From Camelus dromedarius (lineage: Eukaryota), in assembly GCF_036321535.1 (NCBI RefSeq), contig NC_087437.1, forward strand, positions 77,378,001 through 77,442,000: a stretch of DNA of 64,000 nucleotides, read 5' to 3'. Position numbers and translations under genes: made by a program. The notes below the pieces were generated by a model that saw only the letters and a list, made by a program, of their open reading frames with translations, had not been told where the DNA came from and did not search any database. This document shows, piece after piece, positions 1 through 11,019 of this stretch. Each line of letters begins with the position of its first letter. The first letter of the stretch is position 1.

Positions 1-596
1 AATGAAACAATGAGAGGATTCTTGATATGTGTGTGTGTTTTCCCCTTGGAAAAGGAGGTCATGTTCATGCTACAATAAATAGCAACAATAGTAATGACCC
101 TTTAAAAATAAATTCTCAAATCTGTCAGATAAAAATTATGCCTGAATTAAATAAATATTCCAAATGTTTACATAATAAATTCTGATTTGTTACAGATATT
201 TTTGCAGTCAGTTTTATCTGATAACTCAAAATGTTAATATCTCACATAGTATTCTTCTTTAGGAAAATTTTTGGATGACTTGTTCTATTTTATAAGAACT
301 GTTATAAAAAACTTCCTAGCATTTGTTTGTATTAATTAGACCCTTAAGAGAGTCATAAAATGATATGAATTCCTATTGAACACATATCACTCATTTATTA
401 ATCCCATTCAACATTTAATCAGGACTCGTCTTAAGAGAAGACAGGGAGAAAGAATGCTTCCTGTTGATGTATGTATTTACATGGAGGATAGTAATAAACT
501 GCAAGAGCCAAGTTTTGGGGTGAATAAAACCACAGATAGGTGGCCTGAGAGATATTAGAGTGGAACTCAAGGCCTCTTTGCTCTGATGGTTATTGT

Positions 597-664
597 CAGT
601 GTAATGTAGTGGATAAGAGAGACTTGGCTTCTGGTTTCAATCTGCTACTTAAAATCTATATAAC
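597..664 (+). mobile_element. MIR SINE, 5' half (split by an L1)
   Basis: gtagtggataagagag...ggtttcaatctgctactt resembles the MIR 5' region; the element resumes at ~1679. Confidence 0.6.
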
Positions 665-1678
665 AGACAGACATAAGAAGTTTCAGCCAAGATAGAGTAA
701 CAGGGATTGTATTTAATGTGCTACTTGAAACAACCATTAAACCAGGCAAAACATTTGAAATAAATGGTTTTCGCAACACCGGACATCAGGCAACATAAGA
801 CACGTGGGAAACAAAGTAAGCTCTACTATTGCCCTGGTATTGGTCATAAGACAACAGAGGAGATAAAATTATATGATAAAATCTACTTAACTATTCCAAA
901 AGAAGTCAGAAAAGAAGGGAAAGCAAGAAAGTTCAGGTAAGAGAAGTAGGAAACAAATAGCAAGATAATAGGCTTAAACCTAACCATATCAATAATCACA
1001 TTAAATGTATATGGTCTAAACACTCCAATTAAGCACAGAAATTGGCAGATCAGTTTAAAAAGCAAGATGCAACTATGTAATGCCTACCATATGACCCAGC
1101 CATTCTACTTCTAGGTGTTTTCCCAAGCTAAATGAAACTATATGTTCCTACAAAGACTTGTATTAAAAAATATTTATACCAGCTTTGTTTGTAACAACCA
1201 AAAACTAGAAACAACACAAATGTCCATCAGCAGGTAAGTGGATAAACAAATTATGATGTATTCATATAGCGGAATGCTACAGTGCAATAAAAAGGAGTAA
1301 ATTATTGATATATGGTATAATATGAATTAATTTCAAAATATTACATTAAGTAAAGAAAGCAAACAATATACCGAGTAGTACATACTATATGATTCCACAT
1401 GAAAGAAATTCCAGGAAATGTGTGCTAACATATAATGACAGCACAGATCAGTGGTTGCCTGCCTTGGGGATATGCTGAGGGGTTGCTGGTTGCAGGGAAG
1501 TAAAGGAGGGAGGGAGTAGAAAGTGGCATGAGGGAACCGTGCGGGTAAGATAGATTTTCAGCACCTTGCTGATGCTAGTGGTTTCACAGATGTATACACG
1601 TGTCAAAATAGATTAGATTACACGTGTTGGATATGTACAGTTTATTGCAAGTCATTATACTTTAATGAAGCTGTTTTA
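665..1678 (+). mobile_element. Old L1 (L1MC/L1MD-like), internally deleted: 5'UTR piece, ORF2 start, then ORF2 end and 3'UTR
   Basis: 5'UTR-like ttcagccaagatagagtaacaggg; ORF2-start-like cacattaaatgtatatggtctaaacactccaattaag; 3' region catatgacccagccattctacttctagg...aaatgtccatcagcagg; flanked by aaaatctatataac / aaaatctgtatgac. Confidence 0.8.
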
Positions 1679-1845
1679 AAAATCTGTATGACCTTGGGCA
1701 AGTTACTAAACCTTGAGTTTACTCATCTGTGAAGTGGTAATAAAAATTCTGTCAACTTTATAAGCCTATTGCATGGATTAAATGGGATACTTGGCTGTCA
1801 GAAGCTTAACACATTACCTAGCACATGAGAAGGGCTCAGTGAGTC
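1679..1845 (+). mobile_element. MIR SINE, 3' half
   Basis: MIR core tgaccttgggcaagttactaaacc...ctcatctgtgaagtgg...ggattaaatg...cctagcacatgagaagggctcag. Confidence 0.85.
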
Positions 1846-2292
1846 TTCAGGCTTCTTTGCAGACTACCAGGTGGTATATATGCTCTTCCTTGCTACCCAC
1901 CACTGACAGTGGATAGGCCGGGGTACATGAACTTCTATCGTGCCCCATAAGACAAGTCATCATAATCGCTCCTCTGTGAGTTTGTTGGCGAGAAATTAAT
2001 CTTCTAGCATTGCTGGGCTGTCTAGTGCTTGGCTGTGGTAAATTAACTCTAGTATGTTGTTCTGGCCTTGATCTGTCTGTGGAAGCCCAACTGCTATTAC
2101 ACCAAGGTTTCTGATGGACAAAGTAGTAGGAGTAGGATGCAGTGGGAGAATGCTGCAGCTGGAGTAATTTTGATGGGTATTTTGATATTCCAAAACTGGT
2201 ATCAGAATTCATGAAAGACCCTAGTTTCATGGCTATTTTACATAGGTAGTGCATACTTTGATGATACTAAAAGATACACCTTTGTGACAGAC

Positions 2293-2679
2293 TGTTGTGG
2301 GCTGAATTGTGTCTCTTCCAAAATTCATATGTTGAAATTCTAACACCAATAGCTCAGAATATAACCATATTTAGAGACATGATCTTTAAAGAAGTAATTA
2401 CATTAAAACAAGGTCATTAAGATGATCCCAAATCAAATGAGGTCATTAGGGTGTCCTCATAAGAAGAGGAGATTAGGACACAGACACACACAGAGAGACA
2501 ACACTGTGAAGACACAGAAGATGGTCATCTATAAGCCAAGGAGAGAGGACTCAGATGAAACTCACCCTACCAGCACCTTGATTGTGGACTTCTAGCTTCC
2601 AGAACTGGAGAACATTATCTGCTGTTTAAGTCAGCCAGTCTCTGATATGTTGTTACAGCAGCCCTAGCAAACTAATGCA
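2293..2679 (+). mobile_element. MaLR solo LTR (MLT1B-like)
   Basis: TG...CA termini; starts tgttgtgggctgaattgtgtc, ends gcagccctagcaaactaatgca; perfect 5-bp TSD cagac at 2288-2292 and 2680-2684. Confidence 0.92.
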
Positions 2680-3565
2680 CAGACCATTTGTATTGTTCTT
2701 ACAAACCGACCCTCTTTCTCCTGTCTGTTAGTACCTGCCGCATTCTCTTGAGCCCAGTGAATTAATCACTGCTTGGGAGTACTCATCACATCCCTGTATA
2801 TTTTTATGCAGGCATTCAGACTGTCCTCAAAATTCCTCAGGGGGCCATATATGTCTCTGTATTTGTGATTTTTCCTTTTCTAATGCCTTTCTGACTTTAC
2901 CTGCTGCTAACTGTTTTTATTGGAAGTGGTATTCATTCTTTGGCTTTATACCACCCTCATTAGGAGCACAGTTTTCAGGAATCTTCCTCTTTTCCGACAA
3001 ATGATCATTCTGACTTACATACTCAAATATTTCGCTCCCACTCATTAAACTTAAGAATGTCAAATTTGTGCCATAATAATATACAAATCTTCCTTGCATC
3101 AAGCAACTTGAAAATGAAATGTATGAGATGCTATTTGTGTTTAAATTGGGAATTTTATTCATCCCTTTACTTAATAATTCAAAGATAAGTTTTGGTGTCA
3201 ACTTTGGTGAAATATTCATTGACACCAAAACCCAATAATTGAACTGGTGATTGAAAATAATTGCAATGGTGGCATGTTCTTTGACCACTGAATTAAGGTT
3301 TCCCAACAGCTATTACTTTGGGAGATTCTGAAAGAAAAAATTGAGAAGGAGGAGAGTCCTGGAGGAGGAGGGAAGAAACCGAGTGGGTGAAATTAGTAGT
3401 TAACGTCAATTTTCTCCTTTGCAGTCATTTTCTGTATCTGCATGTCTATATGAAACCTTTAACGTTTTTGTCTCCTGCATTTTATTAGTATATTAGGAAC
3501 TGAGACTGTTGGTTACGTGAATGACTCAAACCATGATTCACCATCCTCCTACATTAGAGTTACTT

Positions 3566-3665
3566 AGTGTGCTTTCATGAAAATGCAAATCCCTGGGCCC
3601 ATTCCAGACCTACTGAATCAGAATCCTGAAGAGGGTATGGCTCAGGAATCTGTATTTTTTATCAT
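3566..3665. mobile_element. MER5A-like hAT-Charlie MITE fragment
   Basis: aaaatgcaaatccctgggcccattccagacctactgaatcagaatc...caggaatctgtattttt. Confidence 0.8.
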
Positions 3666-4715
3666 GCTTCCATAGTCATTTTTTCTTTTTCAGTCTGGGA
3701 ATGACTCCCTTGAGTTCTGTGATGGCAGAGGAAAAGTGACGGTGATAACATGCCACAACCGTTTAAAGAGGAAGGTGACAAAAAGATAGAGCCCAAGGAA
3801 AGTGGCAGCAAACAGAACAGGTGGGTCCACTGGTACTCTGTTGTTACTGTGAACACAGAAAGCATTGCGAAGCTGGAAGTAATTTCTTGTTACAAATAAA
3901 AGGAATACTTCAGAACATGTTAATAGTTTAAAGTTCTCAAGAGATGAATATCTTTATGAACCCAATTCTATCTACCTATTTATAACTGAGTTTTATGATA
4001 TTAACCGTGATCCTTGAGACTATTTCAGGCTATTGTACAGAGGCTGATCTTTTCTTTTTAGATCAAGAATTAGAATACATTAATTGTATAAAGTACTTTG
4101 AGCAAATAAAAATTTGTTTTTTCTGGTGTTTTCCAAAAAAAGAGGGCTTTATCAGTAGGGATTTTAGAAATTACAAAGACATTTTCAGTGAAGAACAACA
4201 GGAAGTTAGCAACTAATTATCGTCTCCTCTGATGAATGTTAGGGCTCCCACTGATAAATCATCATATCCTAGGTAGGCCTGTGTTAATTCAGCTCTGTGA
4301 GTCTCTGACTCAGGTGTCCCCTCTGTAAGTCACTATTAGGATTACTGCTTAGCAATTCTTATAACAATCATGACATCTCCCATATTGTATAATTTTTAAA
4401 ATTTCTTTCACTGATTACCTTCTTGTTCTTCATGGACCCAAGCCTCAATCTAGCATATGTTTTATGATCCAAGTTACTAACTACCCAGACAAATCTTTAA
4501 AACCATCTTATTTGCCAGTTTCTTTACCCACAAAAAAGGGTTGGGGGCATTCCTACGTGCTGAAAGACTACTCTGATATCAGTAACTGCCTGGATTTCTA
4601 AAAGCCTCCTGCTTCTGAAATCCTTCTGAATGTATTCCACCAGGCTCTCAATAGAACCTCATCTTTCAACCAGTATTGAGCCTTTTGATGCTTCCTGCCA
4701 GCTTTCTTGGATGCC

Positions 4716-4759
4716 TGTATTAGTCAGCGTTCTCCAGAGAAACAGAACCAATAGGATGT

Positions 4760-4795
<36 letters not shown>

Positions 4796-4856
4796 TCATA
4801 CACAGAGACAGAGAGATTTATCATAATCACTCATGTGATTCTGGAAGATGGTAAGT
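4716..4856 (-). mobile_element. MLT2-like (ERVL) LTR fragment containing a CA microsatellite
   Basis: tgtattagtcagcgttctccagagaaacagaaccaatagga is the typical reverse-strand MLT2 terminus. Confidence 0.8.
4762..4794. repeat. (AC)16 microsatellite
   Basis: direct reading. Confidence 0.97.
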
Positions 4857-5141
4857 GCTCAATTTTTTAAATGAAGGAATGAATGAATGGCATAAAATAG
4901 CATCACAAAAGATGATGTCCATTTCTTATATATTCATACCATTTTACAGTTTATAGAAGACTTTTATATATACAAAATAATTTTTAAAATTCATATATAC
5001 ATATAAAACTTTCTGATTCTGACTTAGCAAAATAGTAAGAGCCCCATTTCTCTAGAAGCACAGAGAGTGGAAAGATTTAGTCTGGCTTTGATAGTCTGGG
5101 GTAATTTAGTCTAGGTTAAGTGATAAAATGACAGGATATAC

Positions 5142-5353
5142 CACTGGTTCTCAGCCAAGGGAGATTTTTCCCCTGGTCAACATTTGACAATGCCTGGATA
5201 CACTTCTGATTGTCACAAGTGCAGGTACTACTGGAATCTAGAGGGTAGAGGCCAGGGGTACTCAAAACACCCTGGAGTGCACAGGAGAGCCCCCACAACA
5301 GTGAATTCTCTCCAGTCCCAAATCTCAACAGTGCAGAGGTGGGAAAATCCCTG
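5142..5353 (+). mobile_element. MER20 hAT-Charlie MITE
   Basis: cactggttctcagcc...acatttgacaatgcctgga...gagggtagaggccagggg...cccccacaacagtgaatt...gaaaatccctg. Confidence 0.88.
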
Positions 5354-5900
5354 GGGAAAGACTACAGCATTTGAGCTGGATCTTAAAGGATTGGTAGGGT
5401 CCAATTAGTATAGATGGAAAAATTTTATTCCAGTCAAAGGAACTGCCATAACCAGACAAAGGTGTAACAAAATTTGGAGGTCATTTAGAGAATGGTGAAT
5501 AGTCAGACTGGTCAGTGGAGAGGAAGTAAAATATGGTAAATTCAGAAAGGTGGATTGTTAGGGTTTAGAGCAGTGCTTCTGAAATTTTAGCACATTAGAA
5601 GCACCTGGAGCTTTACAGAGCTCGTCAACCCCACCTACCCCCATGGTTTCTGATTCTGTGTGGTTAAAATGAGGCTGAGAATTTGAATTTCTAACAAATA
5701 GGTGATTCTGATGCTTCTGGTCTGTGTTTCTAAGAACCAATTTTCAGAGAATCAGAGATGCCTGAAAAGATGTCAGGAATTCAGTTTCTAGGCAAGAACA
5801 GGGTCATTAATCAGACAAATTCTTTAGGAAGCTTACTCAAAAGCAACATATAGGACACATTGGATTTAGGGAGTGAATCAGTGCAGAGAAACAGACCAAT
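5354..5900 (-). mobile_element. L2 fragment interrupted by a MER5A
   Basis: catttgagctggatcttaaaggattggtagg...attccagtcaaaggaactgc is typical L2 antisense sequence. Confidence 0.5.
5571..5742. mobile_element. MER5A MITE
   Basis: cagtgcttctgaaatttt...agaagcacctggagc...tctgattctgtgtgg...gaatttgaatttctaacaa...ggtgattctgatgct...agaacca. Confidence 0.82.
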
Positions 5901-7184
5901 TGAATGTCATGCCAAGAGTCACTGAATGCTTGAATCCCCTCCATCAGTGACTTGGGAAGCCTAGGAGACCCAGGGCAGCGTGCTTCTATGCATAATTCTC
6001 TCTTGACTTCAGCTGTGTAATTGTGGTTTGCCTGGAGTTTAGTCTTAGCCAGTTATGCACAATTCTTGGTTCTTTGTATTGAATCTCCTGGGATAAACCA
6101 TAAGCTGACAGCGTTCAGACAGGCTGCCTGGGCAGCACTTAATAAGTGGGATTGAGGTCACAAAAGCTAGGTGACAGGGCAAGGAGAAGCTCCCTTAGAT
6201 AACCAAATCACTTAAAATTGTGTTTCTTTCTGGGTCAAAATAAAAAGAGCAGAGATGTCGCCTCTGCTCTTGCCTCATCCCATTTTCCAAATTATGCTTA
6301 AGGGGCTTGGATAAAATCTATACATCAAAAAGCCTTTGTGCAATAATGCAAAATTTAAAGGGCCTGTCAAACAGATGATCTGTTCTGAAATCACACATGG
6401 TTCTTCGGAATTCTTCCAATCAGAGGGGGCTCAGTTTGAACTGATTAGAATGCTTTTCCAAACCCTATTTTCTCTTCTTGGTTGGAAAGTGTTACTTGCT
6501 TTTTCTATGATGTTTGGTACCACCAGCCCTAGGGGAAAGAAAAAAAAAAGTTCCTTCTTAGCCATTGATCTGACCCTCCTGAGGCTGAGGGGCTCTTATC
6601 AACAAGCAGAAATCCTGCACACAAGCCAGCTGGAGGCTATTCCCTCTACTGAGGGTCCCTCCTGCCTAAGGGCTTCTAAACACCAACAGGAACTGGAAAA
6701 AATCAGACAAATGGAATGCACATCAAACATATCTGTTCCGTCTTTCATTTCCAAGCTTTTTACCCTCTTTCCAATAAAGGAACTGCCTGGTTTTTTTTAA
6801 CTTGCGGTGAGACTAGCATCTTCTGACAAGAAATCCCACCTCCTGATCACCTCTTTTTTTTTCCCCATTCAGAGATTTTATGATCTGTAACCCCCCTTTG
6901 AAAGTATGTTTTTCTTTCCTTTGGCCAGCTGCTCAGCATCACCCCAGGCTGCTGCAGTAGATTCAGTCTCTTGCACTCTGACAGTTACTGTGGCCGTGTT
7001 AATAAACAGAATACTAACTTATTTTCCTAGTAAAATACATACATTATTTTAAAATCTTGGCCTGGAACTTCAAGTAAGGAAAAAAAAAAAAAGAAAGGAA
7101 CAAAGAAAGCAATGAAGGCAGGAAGAAAGAAGGGGAGGCAGGGAGGGAGACTATTAAAACTGCAATATAGCAAAATAGCAACGT

Positions 7185-7347
7185 GTCCAAAATTCTGCAG
7201 TGACACCTGGGATAATCTTTGGGCCCCAGCCCTGGAAATTTGGACTCAGTAGGTCTGAACTGAGACTCTAGGATGCACGTTTCTAACTTTCTCCCCAGGC
7301 ATTTCTGATGTCGGTAGTCTGGGGAAACTACACCTTGAGAAGCTTTG
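7185..7347. mobile_element. MER5A-like MITE
   Basis: gggccccagccctggaaatttggactcagtaggtctg...tttctaac...ccccaggcatttctgatg...caccttgagaagc. Confidence 0.75.
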
Positions 7348-7629
7348 CAAGTTTCGATTGTCCCTGACGAACACCATGGGGGTAAACAAACAGTGCTTGT
7401 TGTCAAGATTTGCCAGCTGAGGGGAGGGAAGGATGACAAACAGCAGCTGCTTCGATCTGAAATGTCTGGGGAAATAAGCACAGGTGGTGGGAGTTTTACC
7501 AAACTTCTCCTAAGACTCCGAACACGAGTTACCCTTCTGCTGCAGGTACCCAGGCAGACCATTTCCCTGTCTCCAGCCGTTGGACTGCTTTCTCAGACCC
7601 TTCCCCACTTTTCTTGGGCAAAAGTCACT

Positions 7630-8032
7630 TGTTATAGACTGAATTACATCTCCCTAAAATTCCTATTCTGATGCCCTAATCCTCTGTATTTGACTGTATT
7701 TGAAAATAGGGCATATAGGAGCTGATAATAGTTATGTGAGGTCATTAAGAGTGGAAAATATTCAGTCAGATAGGAGTGGTGTCCTTATAAGAAAAGAAAG
7801 TGACACCAGAGAGCTTTCTTTTTCTGCAAGAGCACAGACAAAAGGCCATGTGATGACACGGTGACATGACAGCCACCTGCAACTCAAGGAGAGAGACATC
7901 ACCGGATACCAACCCTTGCTGGCACCTTGATCTTGGACTTCCAGCCTCCAGAACTGTAAGAAAATTAATTTCTGTCATTTACAGTACTCAGTCTATGGCA
8001 TTTTGTTAGGACAGCCCAAGGAGACTAATAAA
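7630..8032 (+). mobile_element. MaLR solo LTR (MLT1A/B-like)
   Basis: tgttatagactgaatt...ggcaccttgatcttggacttccagcctccagaactgtaagaaaattaatttctg...gactaata. Confidence 0.9.
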
Positions 8033-8489
8033 CCTTTCTTCAAAGCTCATTTAGGTATTCCTAGGTCAAGAGACCCTCCTCCCAGGTCCTAAAACCCTGA
8101 TGCTGCTTCACTAATTGGGTTTAATTTAGGCCCCAGAAAAGCTTAGGGACATGATTCAAGAACCCTGTGGAACCTGGGGCTGGAATAGAGAGGTGCTCAG
8201 AGCTACTGCACTCTTTCAGTTATAACATGAGGTATAAACAGGAATTTGGTGTCTCAGCTTCTAATCTAATTGCCTTTATTACATTGTTTGTACAAGAAAA
8301 TAGATTCCATAATCCAGATAACTGAATTTTGGCTAACTTTTCTAAGTCTTGGATTGGTTCTTTTCCTGGTGATAGCACCCCTAGGAGTTCTGGAATAGTT
8401 CTCATTAAAACACTCCATTGATTTTTCCTTATAAATATCTTCATACTTGTCAAAGCCAAAACATTTAGTCATTGTATCTGTGATAGTTT

Positions 8490-9270
8490 GACTTACTCAA
8501 CTAATAATTGCTGAGTGCCCACTATGTGCCAGACAATGTTCCAGATACAGAGAAGCAAAAGTGAATAAGACAAAGTAAAGAGACAAACAAAAACAAGGAA
8601 ATACATATGAATCAGGTAGTGATAAATGCTACAAAGAGAAAGCAAGAGAAGTATAATGGGGGTGGGGGGAGTTGTCCTAGTTTATACAGGGTGATCTGAG
8701 AAAGCCTTTCTGATACAGGGCATTGCAACAGAGACTGGAAGGAAGTGAGGTATCCAGTCATGTGTGTCTCTGAGCAAAGATCACAACACAGTGAGGGAGC
8801 AGCCCTAGAAAAGCTGCGTCAGCAGGACCGTGCGTGGTATTTGTTAATAACAAGGAAGTGTATGCAATTGGAAGGGAGTAAGTGAGGAGAAAATGGATCT
8901 GTCTGAAGTCATGGAAATGGTTAAGAGTGAATCATGCAAGCTGTTAAGGACATTGTAATGCCGTCTTTATTCTGAGTTAGATGAAAAGCCGTTGAGGGGA
9001 GGAAGGCAGAAGAGCCATGTGACTTATGTTTTTAAATGATCTGTTTCTTGTTATGTGAAGAATAGTTGGAAGCATTGATAATTAAAGACAGAGATCAGCT
9101 AGAAGGCTATTATATTATTGATAGATTGATACTGATTATTGACAATGATTTCACCTAGGATAGTGGGAATTGGTTGGGGACTAGATGTATTTGAAAGGTA
9201 GAAGCGACAGTCTTTGCTAATGATTGAATGTATCATGTCAGATAAAGGGGAAGAATAAAAGTGTGGGAAT
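8490..9270 (-). mobile_element. L2 3' fragment
   Basis: ctgagtgcccactatgtgccagacaatgttccagatacagaga...gagactggaaggaagtgagg...ttattctgagttagatgaaaagcc. Confidence 0.8.
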
Positions 9271-10789
9271 TTGGTAAATTTAGTAGGCTTATCTAGATTT
9301 ACCCACTTAAATAAATGGATGCATCTATCTGTCTATAACAATTAACAAAAATTACAAAACGTTAACAATAGTCATCTCTAATGGTGTGATTATTGAAAAT
9401 ATTTATTTGCTGTATTTTGCTTAGTTGGAATGAAAATATATCACTTGTGTAATTTTTTAGAGTTGCAGATACACAAGAAAATTTTCCCTGGTCATTTTAA
9501 TTTCATGGCATTTAAGATAACATTTCTATTGCAAGGGGACCTTTCTGATTTGTGAGATTAAAGAGAACAACCTAAAGTAATTGATTCTATCCTTTTATTT
9601 CTTTAGTTTGGAGATAAAAGATGCTAAAACAGTACTATACATTCAAATGTTTTAGTGATATTAGTTTTCAAATGCTATAGAAAGTTTTGGCTGGTGAATG
9701 AAATGAAATAAAAGAAAAATAGGAATAGAGTATATAAAGCTTTTTGAAGTAGCGTTTCTTCTTTTCTTTTTAAAGAGCATTGCCTCCAGCAATTTTCTGG
9801 ATCCTAGAGATAAAATCAAAAGCATGACTCACTCTCACTTTCAAAAGTGAATGCAGCACCCTTTAAACTTTGTATCTTGTCTTTGTGTTTTTGTAAGTAA
9901 CATACATTCACACACATCTATAGTACTTGTATGATGCACACCTGGTTTGTGGTAGTTTTATGAGCATTGATGCAGAAGAAGAAAAGACTGATGACTAAGA
10001 GATATCAACTGTATGGGACTCTTGACAGACAATGAAGAATAGTAATAGGCTTATCTTAGATTCATATAAAAGCTTTATTTTGAATACCATAATATTTGCA
10101 GACTCTTTTTTTCCAAATCTTTATACATACAGCTTCACCAGCAAGAAATATTCTCTTGAATGGCAGGGCTATTCTTATTTGAAGGACTTCTAAGTTATTA
10201 GTATTAAAAATTAATTTAGGCCAAAAAAAGCCACCTATAAAAATATACCTTAAAATAGTCCTAATATGACATCTAAAAGTCCACTTAATTACTTTTCTCT
10301 TAAAAAAATAAAATTATATTAATCTTGGGAAAAGTATATATCAGTAAAGCAATGGATACTTGAAGGAAAAAATTTTTTAAATAGTGCCTTGAAAATAACA
10401 TCAGGTTAATATTATTAAGTAAATATATTTGTTTGGAGTTGAAGAGATTATTAACTGAACCAACACCATGCCCAGAATTATATTTCTAAAAATATCATGT
10501 AGCACTAAGGACCCAAAATAAAACAGTATAAAAATAGGTGTAGATCAAGCTTCAAAAATAAAGCAGATAGTCAAATTTTAAGGGAGACATTATCAGACAT
10601 CATAACCTAAAATAAGCTTTCAGAAAGAAAAAAAAAATCCTGTCACAACAAAGTGACTTTTAGTATGTAACATAAATAAACAAAATAATAAAAAGAAATA
10701 TTGTAAATATTTTCCTTATTTTTGATGGATCAGAAAAAGAAGAAAGCAAAGACAAAACACTAATTTCAATAATTCACAATATTCTGTTT

Positions 10790-11013
10790 ATAAAATTAAT
10801 TTATCAAGATAGACCATATGTTGGGCCATCACACAGACTTCAATAAATTTAAAGGGACTTAGGATATACAAAGCATGTTCTCTGATTACAATAGAATTAA
10901 ATTAGAAATTGACACATAAAGATATGTAGAAAATCCCCAAATATGTGAAAATGAGGAAACACATTTCAAAATAAACAGTAGGTCCAAGAATAAATAAAAA
11001 GGGAAATGAGAAA
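10790..11013 (+). mobile_element. Old L1 ORF2 fragment (endonuclease C-terminal region)
   Basis: caagatagaccatatgttgggcc...aagcatgttctctgattacaatagaattaaattagaaat corresponds to the KIDHMLGH and SDHN-like motifs. Confidence 0.75.
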
Positions 11014-11019
11014 CTTTCT

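Noticed and set aside
1847..2254. 135-aa minus-strand ORF in apparently unique sequence
   Set aside because: No recognisable motif or flanking splice or promoter support; the length is within chance range.
6336..7671. Long ORFs 6336..6800 (+), 7044..7562 (-) and 7345..7671 (+)
   Set aside because: They run through A/T tracts, a MER5 element and an MLT1 end, and show no recognisable domain or exon structure.
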